A stretch of 64,000 nt of DNA from Diplonema japonicum. Lineage: Eukaryota > Protista > Euglenozoa: Diplonemea. Below the pieces are notes generated by a model. The model saw only the letters and a list, made by a program, of their open reading frames with translations, searched no databases and was not told where the DNA came from. The stretch covers positions 310,001 to 374,000 of the forward strand of contig OZ025690.1 in assembly GCA_964019335.1 (NCBI GenBank), written 5' to 3'. The position numbers and the translations under genes are program-made. This document shows positions 12,688 through 24,740 of this stretch, piece by piece. How positions within the stretch are numbered: the stretch's first letter is position 1; each line of letters starts with the position of its first letter.

Positions 12688-12888
12688 ATTTCTTTTTTCT
12701 CCCCGCTTTTGTATTTTATTTTTTTATTGTAAGGGGGGGGGGGGGAAGAAGAACTTGATAAAATTTCAGTGGGTATGGATTTCTTTTTTTGGGAGGGGGG
12801 GGATTCTTCACAAAAAACCAAAAAAAAAAACGGGCATGCTCTTTTCCCTTTTTTCTCCCCCCCCCCCCCGAGAAAAAAATACTTGTTT

Positions 12889-15426
12889 TCACCTCTGTAA
12901 AGAAGTCATACGATATAATGTTATTCTGCGTTTCAGTACCTTTTTGTGCAAACATTGCAAGCTCGATCTTTCAGAATCTTGAAGGGTTTCTAATGTTTCA
13001 CGGGTGGCAGCCTCTGTTCGTTCGAACCGGCGCACCTCCTTCCACGCGGTCACGAAAAGATGTTCCTCATGAATAGACATACAATCCTGAAACTCCGCGG
13101 TTTGAAACGATGTCACTCCACATCGGTCAAGGAATTCTTGATGGTAAAGCTTTGCGAATGAAGACGGTGTGGCTTTATGTTGAAGATCCTTTGCTAAGAT
13201 CCATCTATTCTCATCTTCCAGATGCTCGATCTCACATCTGTTCATCTTCTCATCGCGGTGAATGTCTCCGTATCGGTCGCCATTCTGCGTCACAACCCAA
13301 ATCTCTTTTATTTTGTCAAAATGCGTAGATTCGTTTGACTCGACAACGAACCGTGAACGTTGTTCTGAAGACCAACATTGCGTGAGCAGAACCGTTTTCT
13401 TTTCGCCGAACATGGTTTGAAAGATTTCCAAGAACGAACGGCATTGCTCCGCCTCGATTTTGCTTCTGCAAGCAACCTCTTCGATTCCGGAAAACCGTCT
13501 TCCGTACAATAAAATCGCGTCAACGGTTCGCGCCCGGAATACCGTCGCAAAATGTGATCGGGAGTACATTTCCTCAGTGTGTATCCGACCCCGTGAGACG
13601 GTTTCTTCTACGGACATTATGTTGTAACAAAGCTTGTTGAAACCTGCTGTCAGATTTGCATTGTGTTCTGATAACAGATCGGTTTCGCACTGTAACCTCG
13701 ATTTGCATTCCTCCGCTTGAAGAGTTAAACCAGGGATAATTATGGTGTGTTCTTCTTGTATTTTCTGACGAGTTTCGGATTCTTTGGATTCTAGATCGTA
13801 CGGTCGAGGGGTTCCTGTGTTTATTCGTAGAAACGGTGACATATTTGCGGGTGATGTTGTCGTGCTCACCGGGCTGGCGACTGACGTTTCAAATATATCT
13901 GTTAAATTAACAATGTTCACCGAGCGCCCGAACACTCCCGGGGTTTTCGGGCGGCTTCGAAATGTTCTCGGCGCGCATTTGAGATTATGCTTAAAAGTTT
14001 TTTCGAGGACTTCAATGCGATTGTTCGTAATTTCCGCCCATTCGGCTTGCTTTTGCTTCCTTGAACGCTGGTTCTCGAGAATCTGTTTCCGCTCGTCGGG
14101 AGGCTGCGGTTCCAACAACAACGAACTCGCTGCGGTTGCAACGTAGTTTGAAAGATCGAGCATTTTTTCGCGAAGCTGGATCTCCCTTGTCTTTCTGATG
14201 TCGAACCGCATTGTGTGTATTCTAGCGTGTTTTCCTATTGCCCCGGAACGGAAGTCGGAAAAAAACCTTTCGATGATCTTAACTGCGGGACCGTGAGCCG
14301 GTTCTGTCAGGAGCGCCTGGTTCTTCTCAGTTAGAACTAAAACTTTTCGCCGGAGATCTTCTTTTTCGATGACCCTTTTCCGTTTCACTGTTTCGTCGAG
14401 CTCTTGGATGTAAAGCGTTCTGTCGCCCTCGATGCCCTTTGTGCCTTGGTCGAACAGCTGCCGGGTTTCTGCAAACTTGCGGTTCTCCGTGTTTAGAACG
14501 GTGGTTCGTTTCGATAATTCCTGGTTTATGACGAGATCTTGCGCGTGGATGTGCTCTTGTTCCACGTCGGCTTGCATAGCTTTGTGGAGGGAGATGTTCG
14601 TATTTCTCACCGTAGTTTTTACTTCTGTTATTTTCTGGTCGGCTTGGTCCTTCCACAACAGAAATAAATCGGTTCTGAGGGCTCGCTTCCCGAAGGAGGA
14701 ATTTTTCGTGTTTTTCATGAACAACTCGACCTTGCGAACCGCGAGCTTCGCCTTCGGGTTGGTGAGCAGCGAGCGAAGCCAGATATCCCGTTTCGACTCC
14801 TTCCGCTTCTTCAGCTCTTCTGTGTCCTTTGCAAAACCGCTTTTCAGTTTTGATCGAGACGCTGCTTCATCGTCTGCTAGAAGTACGGACTCTGCATGAT
14901 ATTCTCTGAGTAACCGCCTGCGATGTCTGCTGAAGACGACTAAAGGTTGTTCCGGGGGATCGGGTACTAAGGGTGGTTTTGGAGTGGGTGAACGTTGTTG
15001 CTTTTCTTCCTCAACGATTTTTGAAGAAACAGGCGGCTGAGTTTTCAGGTTGATGTGGTACTGCCGCGCGTTCCCCATCAGCGCGTGTTCGAACTCTTGC
15101 GATAGGATGATATGCACTCTTGCTTCTTGTTCGAAGGCTTTCAGCGTCCCTGCGACACGGGAGTCCAACAGTTCGTCGTCTTCTTCAGCAATTATTTTTT
15201 CGATTCTTGGTTTCGGTGTCGGGCTTGCCTTGTACCTTACCCTTCCCCACGTTGCTGTCTGCTCGCACGACCAAGAAGGTAGTTTCGCGCTTGTCGGCCG
15301 TTGAACACTTTTTCTCTGCATGCCATGACTCACCCTCCTCACAGGGCTTGCCGAGGACACTCTCTTCGGTTTTACCGGACCATTGCCTACTGAGGGCTCC
15401 CCAAAAAGTGGAACGTCATATGGCAT
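12889..15426 (-). CDS. Hypothetical coiled-coil protein (~845 aa) with E-x-x-x-R-x-x-I/L-x-x-x-E helical repeats
   Basis: Long ORF; start MPYDVPLF follows an A-run; charged helical repeats of the kind seen in euglenozoan cytoskeletal proteins. Confidence 0.8.
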   Translation of the reverse strand: MPYDVPLFGEPSVGNGPVKPKRVSSASPVRRVSHGMQRKSVQRPTSAKLPSWSCEQTATWGRVRYKASPTPKPRIEKIIAEEDDELLDSRVAGTLKAFEQEARVHIILSQEFEHALMGNARQYHINLKTQPPVSSKIVEEEKQQRSPTPKPPLVPDPPEQPLVVFSRHRRRLLREYHAESVLLADDEAASRSKLKSGFAKDTEELKKRKESKRDIWLRSLLTNPKAKLAVRKVELFMKNTKNSSFGKRALRTDLFLLWKDQADQKITEVKTTVRNTNISLHKAMQADVEQEHIHAQDLVINQELSKRTTVLNTENRKFAETRQLFDQGTKGIEGDRTLYIQELDETVKRKRVIEKEDLRRKVLVLTEKNQALLTEPAHGPAVKIIERFFSDFRSGAIGKHARIHTMRFDIRKTREIQLREKMLDLSNYVATAASSLLLEPQPPDERKQILENQRSRKQKQAEWAEITNNRIEVLEKTFKHNLKCAPRTFRSRPKTPGVFGRSVNIVNLTDIFETSVASPVSTTTSPANMSPFLRINTGTPRPYDLESKESETRQKIQEEHTIIIPGLTLQAEECKSRLQCETDLLSEHNANLTAGFNKLCYNIMSVEETVSRGRIHTEEMYSRSHFATVFRARTVDAILLYGRRFSGIEEVACRSKIEAEQCRSFLEIFQTMFGEKKTVLLTQCWSSEQRSRFVVESNESTHFDKIKEIWVVTQNGDRYGDIHRDEKMNRCEIEHLEDENRWILAKDLQHKATPSSFAKLYHQEFLDRCGVTSFQTAEFQDCMSIHEEHLFVTAWKEVRRFERTEAATRETLETLQDSERSSLQCLHKKVLKRRITLYRMTSLQR

Positions 15427-15914
15427 TAGGTTTTTTTTTTTTTTAAAGTACTTTAAAAAAGTTGTGAGGGGGGGGGGGGGGGGGGTATGTTTATATTTCT
15501 TTTTGAAAAATAAAATAAAAAAAGGGGGGAATAGGGGGGCGGGGCAAGAAAAAAAAAAAAAAAAAAAAAAGAGCCCCGATATTATTTTTTTTTGACCCAT
15601 CTTTGTTTCTAACGGCAAATGTCACTAAATGTTTGGCGGATAAAAAAAAAAAAAAAAAAAAGAAGAAAGTCATGTCAACTTTTTTAGTACCCGCTCCAAA
15701 ATGTTAGTGACATTAGCAGTGTTAAGGAAAAAGAAAATAATGGCCAAAAAAAAGGGGGGGGGGAAATTCTTTCGGTTTCGTTTGTTTTTTTTTTTTTTTC
15801 TTCTTCTTCTTCGAGAGCGGGCTTTTTAAAGATAATATAGGACGGGTGGAATAAAGTTTTTTTTTTAACTACCACCATATCGATTAAAGTAAGGTAGCAA
15901 AAAAAAAAAAAGAA

Positions 15915-16448
15915 AAATAACTATTTATTGCCAACAAATAATGAGTCATTATTTAACTCGAGTTCCCGAATTTTTTGCACGAGGGCCCGCAGGGCCCGAG
16001 TGCAAAAAAACGGGTAACGAGTGTTAAATAATGGCTCATTTGGCGGCAAGTAAGTCGTTTTATTTCACTCTTCGTCATTTGAGTCACTCACTCTTCACTG
16101 CTTTCACTGCTGTTTTTTTTCACGCAGGTCAGCCTTTTTGGGGAGTTTCCTAAGGTAATATGGGGTTGCTATTTCGCCGTGGCATTTAAAGGGAAAGTAA
16201 GGCACTTATTCCCACTTTTAAGGGCTGGAATGGCCTCAGATGGCCAAAAATAGTCAAAATACCCCCACCCCAAAAAAATTTTTCAAGGGGTTGGGTGCAT
16301 TTTTTTCCACGGCGAGACTCATTTTTCCACTCTGAAGGGCCATTATTTAACTGCAAAATCTCATTATTTAACTAGTTAAATAATGGCGATTTCGCGTTAA
16401 ATAATGAGGCCCCTAGTGAGTGAAGAAAATGACGAAGAGTGAAATAAA
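15915..16448. mobile_element. Palindrome-rich non-autonomous element, Crypton-like (tyrosine-recombinase type) architecture
   Basis: ~150-bp imperfect hairpin 15915-16065 centred on GGGCCC-gca-GGGCCC; 34-bp inverted repeats 16059-16092 and 16415-16448 (3 mismatches); second palindrome 16337-16412; six copies of CATTATTTAAC; AAATAA direct repeat at both ends; no ORF. Confidence 0.6.
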
Positions 16449-17567
16449 GAAAAAAAGAAGAAGAAGAAAAAAAAAGCGAATGGAAAAAAAGAAAAGGGAA
16501 AAAAAAAAAAAAAACAGGACGAGAGAAATAAAGAGAGGAATATGAGAGGTATATATCGTGTAGAAAAAAAAAGAGAAAAAAAAAAGGCAACCCTGGGGGG
16601 GAAGGGGACTTGGCAATTCTCTGAAAGGAGGGAAAGGAAAGAGCTTTTGTATTTTCTTTTATTCTTTCTTTTTTCTTTTCTTTTTATCCATGGTTAAAAG
16701 AAAATAAGAGAGAAAGAGTAAGTAAGTAAGGAGGCCGAAGAGATACGGGGAAAGAAAGAAATTGCTCTGATTGGGGGTATAGAAACCAATCTAAGGGGAA
16801 AAAAAAAGGGGGGGAGGGGGGTACACAAGCACACCACACCACAATTAGTTTAGATAAGCTATTCTTTCGCAAAGAAAAGTTCGTCTTTTGAGGGGGGTCA
16901 AAGGAATATGTAACTTCGACCTTAAAAAAAATCTAGAAATTCCTGTAGGGGGCACATTTTTTTTTTAATCTCATTCCACAAGCTTTGCTTGGTGTAGTCT
17001 TCAAAAATTAGCCATGTTCAGGCATTGCCGAGGCCTTCTCTACAAAAAAAAAAAGGAAAAAAAATAAAAAAAAAAAAAAAAAAAAAAACCACAGGCCCAC
17101 TCATTCTGACAAAGAAAATAGGTTTAAAAAAAAAAAAAGTGAATAAAAAAAAATAAGAGGGCCTAACCGGCCGGGCGAAAAAAAAAAAAAAAAAAGGTGT
17201 TTTCCTCCCCCTTTTTTTTTTCTTCTTCTTTTTTTTTGAGAAAACCAACAGGACGGGGTACCTGTAAGTTTGCAATAACACGCTTGCCCTCCCCCCCCCC
17301 TTTTTTTTTGAAAACCCGCTAAAAAATGGCAGAGTAAGTACCAGAAAGGTGTAAATCAATCATCTGAGTATACAACTCGATCTATTTTTGCGCTGGTGCT
17401 CACAAAAAAAGAAATATTTTCAGGGGCCCGAGGGCACTCCATGGAGAGAATAGTAGAAATCTACATAAAAGAAACTTTTAACTTTTGGGGCATTTCCCCC
17501 GGCTAAGTTTCGGGGCTAGCTTCGAGTCTGTATGGGTCGATACAAAAAAAAAAAAAAAAAAAAAAAA

Positions 17568-17602
<35 letters not shown>

Positions 17603-17977
17603 AACTTTTAAAGCAAAAAAAAAAAAAAAAAAAAAAAAAGTTGCACTATTTTTCCCAATAAAAAAATATATCTTTTGCATGTTTTCTACATTTCTTTTTC
17701 TTCTTCTTTTTTTTTTTTTTTTTTTTTTTTTTTGAAGAAATGATTCTGTTGTTGACACGTGTTTCGATTTTTTTTTTAAAACTGTTATTTCTTTTTTTTC
17801 TTCTCCTTTCCCTTCCTTCGTTCTCTCCATTCATTGAAAAAAATATAAAAAAAATAGAGGGGTGCGAGAAGTGTTTTTTTTTTTAAAAAAAAGGGGGAGG
17901 TAGGGGAAAAAAAATTAACACAATGTTTGACCCCTCGAGTTGTCTCGTGATCCACACTAGATTTAAATATAGCTTTC

Positions 17978-18025
<48 letters not shown>

Positions 18026-18804
18026 AACAAGAAATTGTGCATCACAATGCACGTTTAAAAAAAAAAAATCTACACTTCGCGCACTCCCCTTCTCTTGCAC
18101 TGTGCGACCGGTGTTTCATGAGCAAGCACATGCTCATCCTACTCCCCCCCCCCCTTTTTTTTTAAAGGTCAAGTCAGAAACGGCCTCTTTCCAGGGGTTT
18201 CAAGAAAGACAATGTGTATAATAATAATAATAAAAAGCGTTTCTCTAATTGTTGTTTCCCCCTTACTTAGTTTCAGCACAAAAAAAAAAAAAAGTAACTT
18301 CTAAGTTAAAGTTATAGGGGGAGAGGAGTCATCACGTTGGCCCATTCCACCAGTTTCTTTTTTTGTACTTTCGCATGGTCATTGTTGTTATTACGCCTCA
18401 TAATTCTAAAACCCGTTGTTTTTTTTTTTTGACCCCTATTTCTCAGCCAACTTTCTAGAGCCATTTTAGGACTTGCATAAAGGGTTTTAGAGATCTGGAG
18501 CGTTTTGATTATTATTTTTTGGTGCCAAATAGTAACGATACTATTTTTTTTTCTTTTTTTTTCTGAGCTATTTTTGTGTACCTTGTGTAAGAACTATTCA
18601 GGGAATTTTAAAAAAAAAAAGAAATTGTTGCTTGCTCAAAATATTCAGTAGAATATAAAAAAAAAAACCCCCCCAAAAAAAAAGTGTGGACGCTGTCCGC
18701 GAAAAGTTACATTTCAAAAGGGGGAGGGGGGGAAAGAAAAGAAGAAAAAGATTACCGGTACTTCCACATTTCCCTTGGAAACTATGGCCTAATAACGAAG
18801 ATGT

Positions 18805-18856
<52 letters not shown>

Positions 18857-19214
18857 CCAAACGCATAATGCTGTCCAATGTCAACGCCTGATATTTCCAT
18901 AACCCCGTCAATGCAAGGTGCTGTGCTGCATATTCCCTTCGTTTGTGCACAGCCAAGGGTTAACCTGTAGAAAGGACAAGCCCAGCAATGCCGCCCATTA
19001 CTTTTTTTTTTAGCACTAACAATTCATTGTCAATATATTGCATTTCTTGTTCATGCGAAAAAAAAAAAAAAAAAAAAGATGGTTTTCTCGATACTTCAAG
19101 GATTGACAGGGCATAGGGGATACTTGGCGGTAAGTAAGTCAGTTCATTACACCCGTTTTTGTCATTTTTTTTTTTTTTTAAATTTTAAAATTCCACATCT
19201 CGTGTAACAATAAT

Positions 19215-19267
<53 letters not shown>

Positions 19268-19530
19268 ACCAGCGGTAACAAAATGCCACGGGTAATATGC
19301 CTAACGTACACAAAGTAAGGTAGGTTAAAATCTATGGGGAAGAGAGGGGGGAAGCGCTGGGAGAGGGGAGGAACAGACCGAACGCAGCCACGTGCGCCTG
19401 GAGTCGCCCCAGTAGACTCGAAGTCCGTGAAATACGAGGAGTGGGAAGGAACAAGGGGATAAAATACTGAAATAGGTTGGAAAGGGAGCGGGAAGGGGGG
19501 AAAAGTTTACTATTTCTTTCCCCCCTCCCA

Positions 19531-19593
19531 ACCCTTTCTTCTTCGGGGTGATTTTCTTTTTTTTTTTCTTTTTTTTTCGTTTCTCTCCAATAG
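19531..19593 (+). promoter_or_regulatory. Candidate plus-strand polypyrimidine tract and AG (trans-splice acceptor) upstream of the ncRNA candidate
   Basis: Long T/C tract ending in ccaatAG (AG at 19592-19593), about 155 nt before the structured RNA. Confidence 0.3.
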
Positions 19594-19744
19594 CACTACA
19601 AATAAAAAAAAAAGGGGATGGCGGCTTTTTAAAACCCTTAGATCACTTACGAAACAATTTTACAGTCCCTCCTCCCCCTTTTCTTGCGAGTAAGAAGAAA
19701 CTCGAGAAGCTGCAAAGTCTGCAACCTTGTAAAAAAAAAAAAAC

Positions 19745-20116
19745 ACTATGATAGGAACGTAGTGGTTAGCAAAGGCCCACTGCGGTGGCGTGCCTACCTT
19801 ATGATGCTCCCCTTTTGGGGTCGTTTATATCTTCCAATCCTTTCTTTTCGGTAATCTTCTCAGTCCTTAAAAAAGACTGTCTTTATTTGATTACAGAGGG
19901 CACACCGCGGCCGAGTTGTAGCTTCTTCTGCGTTCCGCGTCGTGTCCTTAATGCGTGCGGTGTGCAGCTCAACCCTAGCCGGGGCGTCCCGGGTAACTAC
20001 GATGCTGCACTCGTGCAGTTTGCTGCCTGTTCGTCACCCTGAGCATCTGCGTTACGTTCTTCCACTCGGGCGCTACCGGTGATGACCGACGAGGAACAAC
20101 ACATCTGATGTTTTTT
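19745..20116 (+). ncRNA. Structured ~360-nt C/D-box-containing ncRNA; telomerase RNA candidate
   Basis: Nested helices with many G-U pairs on + only: 19753-64/20050-61, 19767-73/20019-25, 19774-95/19898-912, 19851-56/19889-94, 19861-65/19875-79, 19915-21/19997-20003, and hairpins 19928-67, 19979-92, 20004-19. CTGA 20040-43, GTGATGA 20079-85, CTGA 20105-08. Template-like AACCCTAGCC at 19971-80. No credible ORF. Confidence 0.6.
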
Positions 20117-20312
20117 CTTATATTTTCCTAGTATCCCCACCACCCAAAAAAACTCTGGCTGAGGGGAGGGTTTTGGGATGCAAATAAATTCTTTTTTTTT
20201 TTACAGCTTTTTTTTAAAAAAAAGCCGTGTTTTTTTTTTCTTTTTTTTTCTTCCCTCCTCCTTGAGAACTGTTTCTTCTGCCCTTCTCTCCCACTGTGTG
20301 CTATTGGTAATA

Positions 20313-20357
<45 letters not shown>

Positions 20358-21040
20358 AAGTCTTCGGTGGCTTTTTCCCGAAGGTACGAGGGGAAGGGAG
20401 TAAAAAAATAAGAGATTTGATAAAGGAGGTTCCCGTTTTGGACCATCCCCCCTTGTCTCTACGTATCTACCCCTTTCTCCCTTATGGGCCTCGGCCTTTC
20501 TTTCTTGTTCAGCTTTTTCGGCTGTGCTCGCTCATGTTTGTTAGTTCCGCCCCCTGACTAAATAAAGAATAAAAACTGTTTCCTCCCCCCCCTTTTTTTT
20601 TAGATATTCCCCGCAAATATCTTCTTTTGATTTCTGCCTTGAGTCGAGGGCTTCCCACAAGCATGAGAAAAAAAAAGAAGAGGGGGAAGAGAAAAAAAAG
20701 GGGAAGGGAAACAAGGATAACGGAGAGATGTTAAAAAAAATGGAGAAAGGGGGGGGAGGGGGAATAGAAAATGTTCGCAAAAAAAAAAAATAATAATAAT
20801 AAGGGAGAAAGGGGAGGGAAGGGGAGGGGGATAAAAGTTATGGTCTCGTGCAGACTTCCGTTGAAATACTACTTAGTCCTCTAGTGGAATTCAAGTAGTA
20901 GTAAGAAATTTAAAAAAAAAAAAAATGGCCCGCGCTTGTTTTGTTGTACAAGTGCAGCTTCTAATAGATAAGTGCTTTTTATTTTCAGATCTTTTTATAA
21001 AATAAAAAATTTCACTAAAAAATACTATAACTTTATAAAG

Positions 21041-21074
<34 letters not shown>

Positions 21075-21539
21075 ACACACAGAGTAAAACCATTTGGCTC
21101 GAACGGTAAGTAAGCTGTTTTTCTTTTTTTTTTTTTTTTTTCCCTACACCCTTTCGTCATTGGAGTTTCAAAACTCACAGTACTTTGGACCAGAGTCGCT
21201 TAATCAGCAGCATTACGGCCCATAAGGAAATCGAGAAGAAAAAAAAAAAATTGAGTCGAAGCTGCTTTAAAAAAACCCCCTTTTTTTCTAGTGTACAACG
21301 AAAATAATTAAGACTTTGGAAAGAAAAAAACCGCAGCCGTATAAAAATTTTGCACAATCACACATTCCCAGAGCGCGTGAGGATACTGACGAGGGGATTT
21401 TTAAAAAAAAAAGAATAAACGCCGTTGGTTACCTCCCTCAAATTAAACTCATACCGTGTATGTAAAGCAAGCATGAAAAACAAAACAAAAAAGATTTAAC
21501 TCAAAATAGGGTACACGGTACTTCCATTCACACACGTGG

Positions 21540-21574
<35 letters not shown>

Positions 21575-21713
21575 TTTTTGATATACCTTGCAACCTAATT
21601 TTTTTGTTTTAGAGATTTTATAACGCAGCATGGGGAAAGGAAAATGTGTTTTACAGTTTTTTTTTTTTTTTTTTTTTCTTTTTTTCCCTTGTCTTGCTTT
21701 TTCCCCCTTGCTG

Positions 21714-21766
<53 letters not shown>

Positions 21767-21864
21767 CGTAGGTTAAGAACTCAGGGTATACAGCCCCCTA
21801 AAAGTGGCCATATTTTCCTAGGCCCCTTTCTTACATCAAAGGAAGTAAACTAGGGCAGGGAAGG

Positions 21865-21905
<41 letters not shown>

Positions 21906-22265
21906 TAGGCAAGAAATAGGAAGGCATGAGCGTGATCAGGAGAAGGGGGCGGGGGAGGGGGGCACGATTCACCCTTAGTGTGCTTACACTCCATCTTCCT
22001 TGGGCTCTTTTGAAGGACGTCGAAACAAAGTGAAGGGTTGTTCGCACGAGATGACGGGGGGGGGGGGGGGATATTTTATTTCTTTGAAAACTACTTTTTT
22101 GCACGTGTGTTTAGACGGGTTGGGACCCGAAGAGAGATTAAAATGGAAAAAAATAAAAAAAAAGTAATTCTCAGAATGTCGTGAGATATAAATAAAACCA
22201 CTTTACCCACCGCCAAGTAATGACTTTGTGCCACACCAAAGTAGTCATTACTTGTTGGCAGTAAA

Positions 22266-22313
<48 letters not shown>

Positions 22314-23099
22314 GGTCAAGGAGAGGGGAATAGGAACCGTTGGTCGATTCGATTCATTATTTTTCTTTTTTTTCATTCTTTTTTTTTTTTTTTTTTTTTG
22401 ATTTTTTTTTTTTTTTTCCCTTCTCGGTGTTCCAACAAAAAAAAAAAAAAAAAAAAAAAGAGGGGTTTTTAGATATGTAAGGCTTTCTTTTTCCTTTTTT
22501 TTTTTCTTTTCTTTCATATTTTTTTTTTCTTTACCGCTGTTTTCGGTTCGATCTTTTGTTATAAATAAGCTAAAAGAAGAGGGGAAAATTAGCGAGAGAA
22601 AAAAAAAAAAAGAGAAAAAAAAAAAAGATCAACAAAGCCGGCATTCGTTGTTCGGGTGTACAAGCCGGACAAATAGTTGTTTAAAGCAAAAACAAAACAA
22701 AAAAGAAAGAAGAAAAAAAAGAATAAAGTCCTGAGCGCCATCTCGCGTCACCTTAAAAAAGAAATATGGGGGGAAACAAGAGGGGGAAATTAAAAAAAAA
22801 AGAAGAAAAACCATAGAATATTAGAAGGGTAAAAAATAAGGGGAGGAAATTCAAAATAAATATAAAAAAAAAGAAAACATTTCCCACCTCAGTGCCGCAT
22901 TAAAAACACGGTATTTGTCAAGGAAAAAAAAAAAAAAACTCGATAAAATTTCAGTGTGCATGGGGGTGCTCACTGTTCAGGTAGAAATTCACACTAACCT
23001 CTTTTTTTTTTTTTTTTCCGCCCTCAAGAATTAAATTTGAAACAAGCACAACAGGATAAATCGTTACTAACCGTGACTTTTTTTTTTTTTTTTTTTAAA

Positions 23100-24740
23100 C
23101 CATCTACCAACGGACCATTTTTGCCTACCAGGGGGTAAATTTTCAAAACTTCAAAAAAAAACTATTCTAGCGCAACGCCGGGGCTATATGCCCCCGGAAA
23201 TGCCTCCAGATGTCCCAATTCTAGAGAGTGCGTGCCCACAGCAGGGCCCACCCCCACAACATTGTCAAAAATATCGTTCCTGAAGTGCCCGAGAGGGGGT
23301 ACAAAAAACAAGTCAAAAAAAAATCGACTGTAGCTATTTAAGGCCTTCTTGACGCGGTTCGTACGTGCCCCAGGGCTGGGGGACTTCTTTTTTGACCCCG
23401 AGAGGGGTTTCTGGGGGGTATTCCCGGCAAGGTGGTAGTCCTTGAAGCACGGAGTCATGCAAAGTTGTACCAAGCAGGCTGAATACTGAAATAGGGGTCT
23501 TTTCGACTTGCAATGCTTGCACCGCACGTTGCGCTACTTTTTCGGGGAAATTGGTCCCAGAAGGTGCTGTCGCGTCGCATTGGGGCCTCAGGGCACTCGT
23601 TCTGTGTTTCGGGGCATGGTATTGGGGCAGCCTGCTCTGTAGTTGACTTTAGCTTGTTTGGGCAGCCTCCCTTCGATGACTGCCTCTTTGAAAGGCGTGA
23701 ATCCACTGTCGTTCGTACTCAGGGTGTTGGGGGGCAATGCTTCTTTCCAAACGAGCTAGGCATTTGCCAGAGATTTATCTAACAAGTACGAAAATACTTT
23801 CAGGGGCCACTTCGAAGTCATAAGGGTGCGTTTATGGCGTTTTGTCACAGCGTCACCCAGCGTCGGTTCCGCCCATTGCGGTGTTGTAAATATGCACTTG
23901 GTGGGGAGCGGGATGTCCTTTCTGGAGGGCCTCCGGCTTTCATTCTCTTTTGGCCGACACGCCTTTGACTTCACCAGAACATCCAACGTCGACAGAAAGC
24001 GCTCAGGCTTGATGTCATGCCACGTTGTGGTGCAAAGGATGCTCACGTGCTGGTGAAACTGGGTGTCCCCACAGGGTGCGCGTCCTTGGGCTTGGAGAGG
24101 CGTGGAGCCAGTGCGCCAGTAGTCAGAATAATCTGGCTTGATATCCAAGTCCATCGACAAAAGGACACCTAGGAAGGTATGCAGAGAAGCAGCATCGAGA
24201 TCCAGGGAAACACCTTTTTTAGCCGCATTTGCCACATTGTTCGAAGTTATGACCCCGAATAACGTTTGGGACGAGCATTTGGGAGAATATATGGAATGGC
24301 GTTGAGCCTCTGATGTCAAAACAGGGTCCACAAGGATTCCGATCTTCACGAAACCGGATGCCTTCCAACTGCTCCGGCTTTGCCGTCCAATCACCCTGCT
24401 GTGACTCGGAATCGGTCGAATTCGAATCAGAATCACTGTCCGTATCAAAATTGCATAATAGGGATGAGCCATCAGTGCTACCATCACTCATAATGTCCTC
24501 TTCCGGCCTCTTTCTGGGTGCCCTTTTTTGAAGTGATTTTTAAGGGTAAATTTGGGCTGGCGTTTTTTTTTTTATTTTTCATTTTCTTGCAGAGTTAGGG
24601 CAGCATTTAGTTTATATTTTTCATATTTTCCGCGCAGGACCCCGGATGCGAGAAGTGGCCGGGCTGTATTGCTTTGAAAGCCCTTTGCGCAAAAGATTTT
24701 TTTTCAAATCGTATATATATAGACGCTCGTTGGTAGATGG
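23100..24740 (-). mobile_element. piggyBac-superfamily transposon, internally deleted and degenerate
   Basis: 13-bp perfect TIR CCATCTACCAACG (23100-23112 and 24728-24740). TTAA follows the right end; TTAAA precedes the left end. Broken transposase fragments: TPFHIFSQML, FLGVLLSM..DYW, WHDIKPERFLST, YNTAMGGTD (23862-23888), KWPLKVFSYLLD, and Cys-rich tail CKHC..CLVQLCMTPCFKDYH. Confidence 0.9.
23430..24491 (-). pseudogene. piggyBac transposase pseudogene (frameshifts, stops, central catalytic region deleted)
   Basis: Motifs are spread over several frames. The DYW motif is joined almost directly to the WxD..LST region, so the segment carrying the first two catalytic Asp appears to be missing. 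Confidence 0.85.

Noticed and set aside
19400-19430. tRNA or B-box upstream of the ncRNA candidate
   Set aside because: GACTTCGAGTC mismatches the GTTCGANNC consensus, and no cloverleaf or A-box could be built.
19780-19800. SRP (7SL) RNA identity suggested by GCGGTGGCGTGCCT
   Set aside because: No helix 8 SRP54-binding motif or UGUNR motif was found, and the segment pairs elsewhere. U3 box A and RNase P/MRP P4 motifs were also not found.
16450-23090. Many short poly-Lys/poly-Phe ORFs
   Set aside because: Translations of A/T homopolymers with no coding complexity.
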